DNA of 64,000 nt, from contig NC_068981.1 in the NCBI RefSeq assembly GCF_001194135.2, positions 163,061,940-163,125,939 of the forward strand. Direction: 5' to 3'. Both the position numbers and the translations under genes were made by a program. Positions 1 through 12,592 of the stretch are shown here, in pieces; position 1 is the stretch's first letter; each line of letters starts with the position of its first letter. This DNA is from Octopus bimaculoides. Lineage: Eukaryota. Below the pieces are notes generated by a model. The model did no database searches. It saw nothing but the letters and a program-made list of their open reading frames with translations, and had not been told where the DNA came from.

Positions 1-468
1 ATACATATACATGCATTCATACAGACACAAACCCATGTGGCATATACATAGATGTCAATGGATGTATGTATGGGCATACACATACAAAATAAATCAGGTA
101 TACATGCAGCTCACATTACCCATAAACACATGGGACATCTAGATCAGTATATATATATATATATATATATGTACACAGGAAGGTGCAGACACATATACAC
201 ACACATTAACATGCATGCCTGCATTACATACTTGCACACATACATACATACATCATATAAAAAATATTTTTCTTTGATTCCCACCCTCCCAATAATCTTA
301 TTAAAATGTTATGTTTCATTTTTTATATTTTAATTTTCGAAAATCATAATTTCATTTCAGAAATATCCATGAGTTATGGATAAAAATTCTGACAGGTTTA
401 ATAAATAAATAAAAGTAATAATAATAAATGTAGAAACATCATCAAACTTCTTATATCTATAAGTCAGT

Positions 469-469
<1 letters not shown>

Positions 470-511
<42 letters not shown>

Positions 512-563
512 TGTGTGTGTGCGTGCATACATACATGCAAATAGAAGTCTGCATGTCTTTAAC

Positions 564-613
<50 letters not shown>
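470..613. repeat. (GT)n and (TA)n microsatellites, representative of dozens in the window
   Basis: Read directly. Confidence 0.95.
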
Positions 614-616
<3 letters not shown>

Positions 617-1435
617 GTCCCAGTAGAGAAATTTGTATGCATGTTTTGTATATATGTATGTTTAAGAGATCACTCCCTGAAGGTTGAACTGTCTGAAGCC
701 TGAAGCCCCTGCCAGAACCATCACTGAATAAAGGAAGTCTAAAGGATCCACACAAAAACAGCAATGGAAGAAGCAAAAGATGGCCAAATTTTTACATTAA
801 CAGTAAAGGAGAACGACTATACGTTATGAGAAGAGACAGTCTTTGAAACAGTGTCATAAAGCACTGACATCAATCTGTGTGACTTTATGATAATGGTTTA
901 AGCCACCTCTCTCCCACATTTGGTAAAGTTAAGCACAGAAATTGCTGTCTGGTTAAAAAAGTTCACTTCCCTAACACTTGGCTTTGAGTTTAGTTCTACT
1001 GCGCTATAGCATGAGCAGGCACCTTTTACTATGGTAGAAGACAAAGTATACAGATGTCTTTTATAATAGTGCCAAACTGTCCCAAGCCTTGGGAGTGGAT
1101 TTGGAAGATCGTAACTGAAAGAAGCCTGCTTTTATGTGTGCATGTGTGTATACATATATGTATGTACATGTGTGTGAGTGAATGTCTTGTTTTGACAGCA
1201 AGTGTCAGTTGTAAATGAGTACCACTGCCTTACAAGCAGTGCCATTCATTTCCAATTTTCTCTGAAAAAAGGTTCTGCCATTGAGAAATACTACCTTGCT
1301 TTGAAACAAGATAGGATGAGTGACTGGAAGGACATGCAAATGTAGAAAATCTGCCTTAATAAACTCTGTCCAAACCATGCAAGCATGGAAAAGATGTCAA
1401 AATATTAAGAGGATGTTAAAATGAATATATTATAC

Positions 1436-1752
1436 GAAGGCGCATTGCTCAGTAGTTAGGGTAATCAGCTCATGATCATAAGGCCGTGAGTTCAATTCCC
1501 AGCAGTGCATTGTATTCTTGTGCAAGACACTTTATTTCATGTTGCGCCATTCCACTCAGCTGACAAAAATGAGTTGTACTGGTAATTCAAAGGTCTGACC
1601 TTGTCACATTCTTTGTCATGCTGAATCTCCCTGAGAACTACATGAAGGGAATGTGTCTGTGGAGTGCTCACCCACTTGCACATTAACTTCATGGGCAGGC
1701 AGTTCTGTTAATCAGATCAACTGGAACCCTTATCATCGTAACCGATGGAGTC
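1436..1752 (+). mobile_element. Older SINE sharing the head type and 3' tail with 40655-41040
   Basis: ggcgcattgctcagtagttaggg...gagttcaattccc; tail gtgtctgtggagtgctca...gatcaactggaaccc. Confidence 0.75.
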
Positions 1753-2899
1753 TTTTTTCTAAATCATACGGCATGCCTGGCCTTATGGTTTAAAAGTTTG
1801 CTTCACAACCACATCATCTTAGGTTCATTCTCACTGTGGTCCACTTGTCTTCTACTGCTATTGCCTTGGGTTGATCAAAAACTTGTAAGTGAAAATGGTA
1901 GGCAGAAGCTGTATGGAAGCATAGCTTACACACACAAACACACTCGCAAGCAAAAAGACCAGATGCACATAAACATACATTTTTAAATATAGTTCATAGA
2001 TGAGATCCAAATATTCTCTGTATAGAATATACTTAGTAGTGCTCAAGAGTTTTAAACTAGAGCGGGTATAGAAGTAAATGTAGGGATAAACAAATTAGAC
2101 AGATCAACATATAAAGTACATGAAATGCAAAAAAATGCATATGTGTATACATATGAAAAGGTCTAACTTACACAGAGTACAAATGACATTTGTACTCTAT
2201 GTAAGTTGGACCTTTTTATATATATACACATATACATTTTTTTTTTGCATTTCATGTACTTTATATATTGATCTGTCTAATTCGTTTATCCTTACATTTA
2301 CATATTTAAATATGAACATTGACGAAAGCGTGAATGAATGCCACAGTGTGATAAGCTCTTGATGAGAAAACTCTGAGACCTTGCTTCAATTCCCAGATGT
2401 AGCTATTTCACTTCACTTCAACACATTTAGATCCTTATAATTTTGGGGGAAAGAAGTGAACATCACATCGTGTCTTCTTTCCCCCACCACTAATGTCACA
2501 GTGGAAAAATATCTAACTCTTTAACAGACATTTGTGACAGAATGGGTGGAAGGATGAAATACTACAAATAAACAAATTATTTATAAGGCATAAATATATT
2601 CTACTCACCCCACACCTATCCCACAGTGTAAAAGCATTGAAAGACACACACACTGGAAACAACTGAGTGTTGTAATGTCTCTATGGATCATTGTAGGTGT
2701 CCATGAAAGAAGAGCCACTGCTCATAGCTCAAGCCCATTCCCCTCCTCCTCCTCTTTTCTACCATAACCAACACCATACACACATATATGCAGTGTATAG
2801 TATACACACATATATGCAGTGTATAGTATACACATACACACACACACAGAGGCACCAAAGGCTAGCTTTAAAGAAAAAAAAAGAAGCAAACTGAAAACA

Positions 2900-4268
2900 A
2901 CAAAAGAAACAAAGGGTAGAATAATAATTTTAAAAAAAAATTAAATATTAAAAAAAATATTTGTTAGTAGATTAAGGTAAAAAAAAAAAGGGTGAATTAG
3001 TAACTTGTAGCAACTAGTACATGGGGAGGAATAAGTTTGAAGAACTGAAAGTAGTTCAAAGAAAGCTTGATGGCAAAAAAAATGCTGTGACATTAGCAAA
3101 AAGGTAAAAGACATCCCAGTCAACATCTGTAGATAGTAGAACGGAAGAAGAGTGGCTCATGCAGATAGCTATATAAAGTAACACCCACTCACGTAAACAA
3201 AACATCTGTAAGGGTCACACCCAGTCACGTAAATATCTGTAAGAGTAATTACCCAGTTATGTAAACAACTGGAAAAGCAACAGCACTCATGTAAACATTA
3301 GTATATCTAGCTAGGTAGCAACTATTTCAAAGTATTATATAAACATTTCTAACAACTGTAGCATCATCAACTGTAACAGGCAGCTTCACAGGGCACCAGC
3401 TGTGACAGTTAAATAAACAGCCACACATGGCAGTATATCATATGTAAATGTAACCAGCCACATTTTCACGTTGGATTGTTGCTGTAATGTAATAAGCTAC
3501 ACAGAAGGATGTTAACTAACAGCAATACAATTAACTTCAACTGTAATAGTCATTAACAGCTATTTTAACAATCATAACTGATAATGAGTGTTGCTGCAAC
3601 AGTTACATGTAACATTAGCCTGCTACTGTAACAACAATATGTGGCCGTAGATATTACAGTACAAGCAATAGATGACAGTAGGTGTATGTGACTAGCAACG
3701 CTATGGAAACAGCAGCTAGTTAACAGCTGCCTAGCTGTAATAGTCACACACCTGTATCAACATTTACAAGAATCAGTAGGACACAAATGTAACAGCCAAG
3801 CTACATATAACATCAACTAGAACAAGATACACTGTAACTGCTTCAATTGCACACAGAAAACTAGTATAGTAACATATACACATACATCTATAAGAACATT
3901 TATAACTTACTTTGCTAATCACATTTGTTACAGTCATATGAAACTATATTTTGGAATAGCAGCGACAGTAACACACATTACTTAATACAAAGGAATACAC
4001 ACTGATGTATACAGATTCACACACACACACATTACAGAAATATTAACATAAGGTAGCATTTGGAACTATAACAATGACACATACACAATGTCTTGAAGAG
4101 TAACAGACATGTAACATCAGCACTCGAAACAACCTTACAACACTTAGAACAGGAATAGCCACAGATGACAACACTCAAACAGTAACAATCTTATGTTACA
4201 TGATAACAAAACAGCAAGAGCCACAGGTAACAAAGATGAAAACAGTTAACAGCCACATGTAACAGCAT
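2900..4268 (-). other. Probable PBX 3' UTR (end not determined)
   Basis: Follows the stop codon; no recognisable transposon; U/UG-rich on the sense strand; no clear AATAAA located. Confidence 0.4.
3181..3300. repeat. Degenerate minisatellite, four units of 30-36 nt, each with GTAAA(C/T)A
   Basis: GTAAAYA at 3193, 3229, 3261 and 3291. Confidence 0.6.
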
Positions 4269-4298
4269 CTAAAACTGTGACAAGCATTCAGTGTCTAC
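4269..4298 (-). CDS. PBX: Probable terminal coding exon: VDTECLSQF*
   Basis: Pyrimidine-rich acceptor cttcttactctttgatcctttgtag|GTAGACACT 156 nt after the previous donor; starts VDT like vertebrate exon 8 (VDTLRHVISQ); TAG at 4271-4269. Confidence 0.65.
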   Translation of the reverse strand, partial: VDTECLSQF

Positions 4299-4454
4299 CT
4301 ACAAAGGATCAAAGAGTAAGAAGTGAAGTTTATCATGAACTTTTCTCATTAAAATAAACAAATTAGATAAACAACGAGATAAATAAAAAGTAAATGTGAT
4401 AAGGCAATGAGGGGAAAAAAAAAGTGGTTAGAAAATGTGAATTGAAGGACTCAC

Positions 4455-4588
4455 CTGAGACTGGACATTAGCCCCAACCGATGTCTCGTTGCCCTGGTAA
4501 CTATCACCGTTTAAATTCATATAGATGCTCTGTTGTTGACCTCCTAGTTGTGCTTGCGAAGATGCCACCATATTATAACCTGAAACCC
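4455..4588 (-). CDS. PBX: PBX C-terminal exon (not in the supplied ORF track): GVSGYNMVASSQAQLGGQQQSIYMNLNGDSYQGNETSVGANVQSQ
   Basis: Acceptor ttttttttcag|GGG, donor TCTCAG|gtgagt; 134 nt, open in phase 1-to-0. LNGDSYQG and VGANVQSQ match vertebrate PBX1a exon 7 as recalled. Confidence 0.92.
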
Positions 4589-7500
4589 CTGAAAAAAAAG
4601 TAAGACGACTCAGTTCTTTATATAAGATGGTGGGGAGGTGATGACATGAAACCAGTTACTGATGGAGTGTCATAGATTGACGTGGGACTGTGAGTCTGGG
4701 AGGTCAAAAGGTATGAAACAAGATAAATGTTAAAACAATTTTCTGACAGTTAGGTTTAGAAGATGCTTTATGGAGACAACTGCATGTTCACACTAAGCAA
4801 ATTTTACACCTCACAAACTAACGAGGGAGCCTCTATGTAGTTGCTGGGTCAACAAGAACCAGGAGCCAAATTTCCTGCAAATCTCACTGTTGGAGATATT
4901 GCGTTGTAGAACATTCATGTATATGTGCACTTCATTCCAACTTTTTAACTCAGAAATCAAAAGTATGCATTATACACAAGAACTAAAAAGTTACCCAGCT
5001 TTCTTTTCTTTTCTTTTTTTTTTTCTTTTTTTAGAGGAGCTAATTTTATAGAGAGCTGTACAGATGGACTGCATCAAGGTGCAAGATCAATCTGTAAACT
5101 AACTGTTTTATTAGTTCACAGTGCTGAGTCAAGATCAAATAGTTTGATAAGTGTGAGGGGTTGAGAGGAAAAAAACCCCCAAAAAGGCATCCAGATTCAA
5201 GCCAGGTGTATAGGAGAGATTGTATTTTCAAATGCTTAATACCAAAAAACCAGAATTCCAGCATGTCAACACTTCCTAGCCCCAGCAATTAGAGAGGGAG
5301 GGAAGGAGAGAGAGGGAGGGTGCATGTGAGTGTGTGTGTGAGAGAGATCTTTATATGTTCAGAGGATATTATAACTAGTGAAAACAAAATAGGATCTCCC
5401 CAATACCTATTTGTTCTTTCAGTGAATGCACTAACAATAACCCAACAGTACTGAGAGTTTCTCAAAGTTGAAACGAAGAGTATCCATCTGATACTAGGAC
5501 CACAGAGCAAATGAGAAAGTAAATGTTTTAGAATGTAGAAAAAAATAAACCTTTGAATTCATGCAAAGATTCCTCACGCACAACAATAACTATTTCACAA
5601 ACACACATTGGATTCTTCAGATACTGACAAATTCTTATGCTTTCAAGCAAACATTAGTTCCACATTCTTTTAAAGCATAGATGGATGAGAAGACATTTTT
5701 TGTCTTTCTCTAGGACCCAGGTGGCATACGCAAAACACTTCCAATGTGTTTTAAACAATTCCAGCATTATATTTAGCTACATTGTTCACAACGATACACA
5801 CAATTTCAACATACTAATGATAAAGCAGGAAAGTTTTAATGTATAAAACAAAAGATCTTATGTCCAACACAAAGTATTTATAGCATACCACAAGGCCTTA
5901 ATAAAAAAAAAAGGGAAGTATTATCTATGAGTCCGGATGTAAGCAATATGGGAAAACATAGTAATCTGAGCCATATCAGTGTATCTATGTATAAGACTAC
6001 CAATAAGGCACCTGTAACACTTCTGTATGATTTTCTATGTTCAGCATTGTCATAGGGAAGCTGGAGACACTTTATTGGCCTTCTCCTACATAGAGATGGA
6101 CAAGATCAAATTGTATTCCCTTTCAACGAAAGCTAGTCTAGTTTAGATTTGGGAGAACTTGATAGACAAAATATTGTGCTGAATCATAAAACAATCTGAG
6201 AAATCTGCAGGTAAATCTGTCTATCTGATTTGAAACGAACCAAGAACTTTATCAGCTTTATCAATTTTTACAAATATTTGTTTTCATCGGCTCAAATTCC
6301 ATAAAGCATACACACACACACATCACAAAAAAAAAAAACAAAAAAGAAAAAGTTGGGAAATTCAATCTTTTCAAGAACTTAAACTCTTTCAGGTAATTTT
6401 GGTTGCTGTATTTCTTTAAAGTACACAAAAGAAAAACACAACATTTTTGAAATAGTCTATCTGTGATTGTAGAAATACAATCTAAATTTGAAATAAAATT
6501 AAAAAAAATTTAGTTTAGTAAAAAAATCGACACAGTAAAGAGAGCATACATTTCCAGCAAGGTTTCTCATTCTTATAAAGAAGCAAATAGCCAATGAAAA
6601 TTGGATATAAAGTGTTAACTGTTATCCACATTGATCCTTATTGTCAGTCTAGCTTTCTTGAGACCCTGAATGGATAGGGACTACATTGTAATTGAACTAG
6701 TTATGAATAGCAGTAAGATTTTCCTGAAATACCCACACATCATGCAAAATATGGAGGCATACATTGCATAACATATCCTTGGTGTCAATAGTCAATATGT
6801 AGTTCGAAAGACTTTGATTATAGGACTGAGGTCAGGTTTCGGTACATTATACACAACTTACACACATACATATAAATGCACATATATTTTTATGTACATA
6901 CACACAGGTACCTATATACATGCATATAAATATATACACATGTATACACACACACATATATATGGTAGTCTTCATTTTGTTTTCATCTTCCAGATCCGCT
7001 CATAAGGCTTTGGTTGGCCTGGGGCTATAGAAAACACTTACCCAAGGTGCCACATAGTGGGATTGAACCCAAAACCATGTGGTTGGGAAGCAAACTTCTT
7101 AACATGCAGCCACACTTGCACTTGCACTTATATAACATGTCAGTATCATGCACTCACACATACAAAGTATATAGATATCTAAATGCATATAATTATATTA
7201 TAAATATATACACACATTCATATATATATAAACCTTGCTGGAAATGTATGCTCTCTTTATATATACACACACACACACACATACACACACAAATATGCAT
7301 ATATACATCTACATATATATGTATACACACACATATTTATATATTACTTATTCTTCAATATTCAATATTCCTCCTTTATTTTTCCTTTCATACAAAGTAC
7401 ATAACACACACACACACTGAAGAAGCATGGCTTGATGTAAAACATGAGCCTTGCCCAAACCTTTTTAGCTCTGGCAACAAAAGCTATGCCATATATTAAG

Positions 7501-10084
7501 ACATTTCTTACATAAAGAATTGATTTTCGACTTATACTTTTCAATATATTAAGCAAAACTGTAGATACACACAAACTATAAGCACTGCATCTCCTACTCT
7601 TGATTGCTTTCCCTATCTCTTTCTCCTTCCTCTCCCACTGACTTTTATATTTATCCATGTTTCTGTATACCTCCAGCTTTACATCTCTTCTGCAAGCTAA
7701 ATAATGAGGTTGAGCTCATCTTGGCCAAATAAATAGCTTTCATGGATACTGTGTAGACAAGGCCAAATTGAACTGAAATAGCACTAACAGTCAATATAAC
7801 ATCACATGGAAGTATGTCGTGAGCAAGGTGCATGGTGAACTCTTTAATTTCAAAACCCCAAAAGTGCACTTGGAAGGAGGAAGGAAAGCTTGGACATCCT
7901 GGTCTCACATTTAACGATCGCACTTAGTAAAATAGAAAAATGCAACAACCCCTTTAATATTGATGTCTGTATATTTATTGCAAGTGTGTGCGAACACTAT
8001 ATACAATATCTATGCTGCAATACTCTGCATGCACATATGAATGTGTACATGTGCGTGTTTATGTATATTTTCTATTCCTTGCGTGTTTCAGTCGCTAGAC
8101 AACGGCCATGTGGAGCACCACTTTGAGGAATGTTTAGTTGAATGAATTAGCCCCACTATTTGTTTTTTTGTTTTGTTTTTGTTTTTAAATCTTGGTACTT
8201 ATTCTACCATTTTCTTTTGCTGAACTGCTAAGTTGTCAAGCAGTGATGGGGGGGGGGGGCAAACAAAGACACACACATATCTTTAAGGTAATTCAGTTAA
8301 TAAAACCAGTTTACATATTTCTTTTGCTTTTTCTTTTTTATAACTGTCATTTTACTTGTAACTACACCTTTTCTGTTTTAAAACCCATAAAAAATTAATT
8401 TTGAGTGGTTTTGGGGGTGCAAGAATGGATTAATTATATTTTAGTTAACTTCAATGGGGAAATATTTTCATGAAAAAAAAAAAAATGAATAAATGGTATT
8501 TGAGAAAATAGTTTGGTCATAGGCCAGAGCATGCTGGGATAGAGAAAGAACACTTGTCAGGGAACTAGCTGGAATGGTTGTGTATGCCAATAATTTAAAT
8601 GGTGCTAAATGATGGAATTGTGTTTTTTCTGTGGGTTTCTATGAGTTTTCCTTCAACTGACAAAAATACCACATGTCAGCACAACTTCATGTGATCTCTA
8701 GAGAGTTTTACTGTCCTAAAGTTGCAGTTCTGTAGAACTTACACCCAACTGAAGCTATTGTTCTTTAATATCTGGTAAGTCCTGATCAAGAAGGCCTATG
8801 ATCTCAAACAAAAAAATAAGGTGATTACTTTATATAGGAAGCCATGGGGTTAAATTGTAAGAACCAACAACTTTCGTAATAATATTTTGCAGACGAGAAA
8901 AATATCTTCTATTCTTTAAATAGGATGAAGATTCGTGAAACTTGCAAAATTAAATGTCATGAAGGGAATATGAACTTATAGCCCAAGAGCCAATTGTCTA
9001 TCCACCTAGCCATTTCACTTCATTATTTAAAAAAAAAAGATTATATTCAATGGCAACATTGGCATCATTATCATTATCCATAATATTAATAATGATAACA
9101 ATAACAACAGCAACAACAACAATAGCAAAACACTAATGACAATGACAAAACTGAGTAAGCTTCATTCCATTTGGTTCATTAAAATTCATTTCACTTAAAT
9201 GAACATCCTTAGAGATCAACTTTAGAGACAGATATTTTTCAAAAATGAAAATTCCCCACCATTAAAATGCATTAAAATGAAATATAAAGTAATTTTTTTA
9301 AAAATATACAATTAAATATATTTAAAAAGAAACTCAAAAACCTAACAAACATTAAATATATTTAACCAAAAAATAATCAACTAGCATTAAAAAAAAAAAA
9401 TGAAAAACAACTACCAAGCAACAATATTATTTTAGAATAGAATGACTCACCATTTTTTAATATTAGATTACTGATATTCTTCACACAAGATAACAATGAG
9501 ATGTGCATTATATACTATACTAGCAGTCATACTGAAGAATTTAGATAATTTCTTGATAAACTAAGAAAAGATGTTATAATCAAGATGCTTCTTCATATAC
9601 TATTGCAGCCTGGAAATCATTATCTCTTGATGTTTGACGACATTATGAAGCCTTGCTCTCTCTCTCTCTCTCTCTTTCTCCCACCACCTTCCTTTCAACT
9701 AGTTACATAATTTATCTTGCAAGAATTCAGTTAGCTTGTCAACATTTCGACACTTCACAAATATGTTATTTAATCTAGCAGTATATTGCAGAATTGGTAG
9801 CTAGTCATTATATTGATGGCATCTAGCAAAATACTTTTATTACTATTTACTGCTGTAATTGCTTGCTTTATTGCTGACTAACAAAGATGTGGTCAACACC
9901 AATGCCATTCTCTGTCAAATAGGAATACGACAGCAGAGCAAAACAGAGCAAACCTGCACCGAGCACTAATTAACTGACTGTGGCTGTTTAACCCAAGGTT
10001 GGACAGGTCTGCAATCAATTAGAAGAAAGAAGAATGGTATGAAACACATACAAAAACAAAGGTTCATATTAGCAGCCATATAGT

Positions 10085-10311
10085 TTAACCCTTTAGCATT
10101 TAAATGGGCCAGATCTGGTCCAAGTATTCTACCAGTTTTATGCTCAAACTGGTCAGATCTGGCATCTCACACATGCCCTACAATCCTTTCTAAAAATAGA
10201 CAATCATTCATAAAAATCTCAAAGCTATGAAAATAATGCATGATTAATTCAAAACAATATGAATGAACAAGTATTATGTTTGATAGAATAATCTGAATGC
10301 TAAATGGTTAA
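10085..10311. mobile_element. piggyBac-type MITE, same family as 43235, opposite orientation
   Basis: ttaaccctttagcat...atgctaaatggttaa. Confidence 0.75.
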
Positions 10312-11552
10312 GAGGACCCAACTGAATATGCAGTGATTAAGCATCAGAAAAATATAGCATAGCCAAGAGCCAGAGATATTGTCTACCTGAATACTATTGC
10401 GCTTGATATTTCTGAAGCTGTTGCTGCTGCCACACTGTAACAAATATTATTTTCACAAGAATCGGTTATTTCACACTAGACTGCTGTTTTAGGTTCAATA
10501 TATTTTCAGAAGAATTATTGTTGTAACCTTCACACCTCACATGGCAATCAGCAGTTTTAATTCAGAAGAGATTTCTTTCACAGTTTCTAGAACAGCGCTT
10601 TCATTTATCACAATCTGTTTCGTTCAAATATATTTTGACTTTTCAAATAGTCTTCAAATCTAATTTAATTTTTTTTATCACTTTTTACTTCCAGCAGAAA
10701 TGCTGCATAATTATTTTAACTATTTTAGTCATTAAGGTTTTTAAAAATTTCTACTCAAGACAAAACCACCAGAGAATATTATTTTTAATTACTCATTTCT
10801 TACTAAATAAGTTATTTGGTTACAAGAAAGAAAAAAAATCTTTTAAAATTCTCAACTAAAATTGTATGTTCTGCAAAGTATTAAATTCTTAAGCTTTTTT
10901 TCTTCTTTTTATTTTTTTTTTTAAGTCTCACTAGAGATTTAATAACTATTTCATATACATAACAGTAATTTTATTGTTCAAAGTTTTATGGTTAAAACCT
11001 GTATGAACAGGAGTCGATTTTACAAAATAATGTCTTAAATTGTAACTGTAGTAACAACTGCTTGCCCTCTTAGAGGTATCTGCTTATTGTACAACATTAT
11101 CTACAGGTATAACATCATTATTGTAAATGATACTCACTAGCATATAAGATCTACTTCTAACTCCTTTAAATGTTGTTACAACATATATATGCACAGCTTT
11201 AGAAATAAAGAGAAATCATTTAATTCAACTAGAGTAGCTAAGTACAGATCAATGTTAATTCGATGAATACAAACTATGATCTACACAGCGACATTATAAC
11301 AAGAACTTCTTACATGGGAAACAAGAGAGAATGTAGATTATGTTCTGCTGAAATATACTGCATTTTCTTAGATAGCAAAACAAATTACTTAAGCTAAAAC
11401 AGGAATGCTTTTTTTGTATCACAAACATAAAATCTGAAAGTCATTTAAATTCTTTAAATGCAATTCTACAAAGGTAAAATAGAGTACATTCTTTCAGTTA
11501 ACTTATGTTATTATATAAACAAAATAACTCATCAAATAACTATATCCTCACC

Positions 11553-11592
<40 letters not shown>

Positions 11593-11933
11593 CTCATAAT
11601 ACATTTTAACTTCATATGCCTTTAGAGAATGGTCCAATCAAACATTCGAATTTTTAAATTATTTAACCCATCATTTCTTTTAAAATTTTAACCTTGTGAT
11701 TCTATTAACTCTGATGAGAGAAATATAGAATACTGCTATGGTTGGAGTTAGCTCGCCCATAGCAACCTATATCTTTTCGAAATGGCCATAAAACTTTATA
11801 CATGTTCCAGACCCCTTATGAATCAGTTTACATCTGCTTCATCATCCTTTTCATTCGGACCTCACAAATGCGTTTATAGACTTACACAATTTTTTATATA
11901 TTTACATTTATGAATGTTTATGTGTTTGTAAAT

Positions 11934-12592
11934 TTAGGCCTCACCGAGGCAATGACTAGTGACCGAGACCTTTGGAAATATGCTGTGCTTGAGAAGACCC
12001 AGCAAGCCAAGTGAGACCATAACCCGTGGCTTATGCCAGGGGTGTAACCAGCCCACTTATGTGTACCATTCCTTCATTGGACACTAAACTCTGCTTGTGA
12101 AGACCTGTTGAGGTAAGTGAAACCAAAATCAAATTCGATGACTGGCATCCATGCCAGTGGAGTGCTAAGAGCATCATCCGAGGGTGATCATTGCCAGAGC
12201 AGCTGACTGGGTTCCATGCCGGTGGCACATAAAAAGCACCATTCAAGTATGATCATTACCAGCGTTGCCTTATTGGCACTTGTGCCGGTGGCACGTGAAA
12301 AAATATTCAAACGAGGTCGTTGCCAGTGCCACTGGACTAGCTCCTGTGCAGGTGGCACGTAAAAACACCATTTGAGCGGAGCCACTGCCAGTACCGCCTG
12401 ACTAGCCCTCATGCAGGTGGCACGTAAAAGCACCCACTACACTCTCAGAGTGGTTGGCGTTAGGAAGGGCATGCAGTAGAAACTCTGCCAGATCAGATTG
12501 GAGCCTGGGGCAGCCATCTGGTTCGCCAGTCCTCAGTTAAATTGTCCAACACATGCCAGCATGGAAAAGACGTTAAACGATGATGATGATGA
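11934..12592 (+). mobile_element. 3' end of an RTE-clade LINE: ORF2 end LGLTEAMTSDRDLWKYAVLEKTQQAK*, 3' UTR with four ~65 nt repeats, (GAT)n tail
   Basis: Stop at 12012-12014; GGTGGCAC(G/A)T at 12221, 12287, 12351 and 12416. Confidence 0.75.

Noticed and set aside
52-333. Many 60-160 aa ORFs rich in Y/I/H/T/C/V across the window
   Set aside because: Translations of (TA)n, (CA)n and (GT)n tracts or SINE bodies, not genes
564-776. ORF LFSDGSGRGFRLQTVQPSGSDLL as a further PBX exon
   Set aside because: No PBX similarity; the candidate acceptors give immediate stops or unrelated peptides
9444-9500. Donor-like ATG|gtgagt on the minus strand
   Set aside because: Every nearby upstream AG gives an in-frame stop when entered in phase 1, and there is no pyrimidine tract
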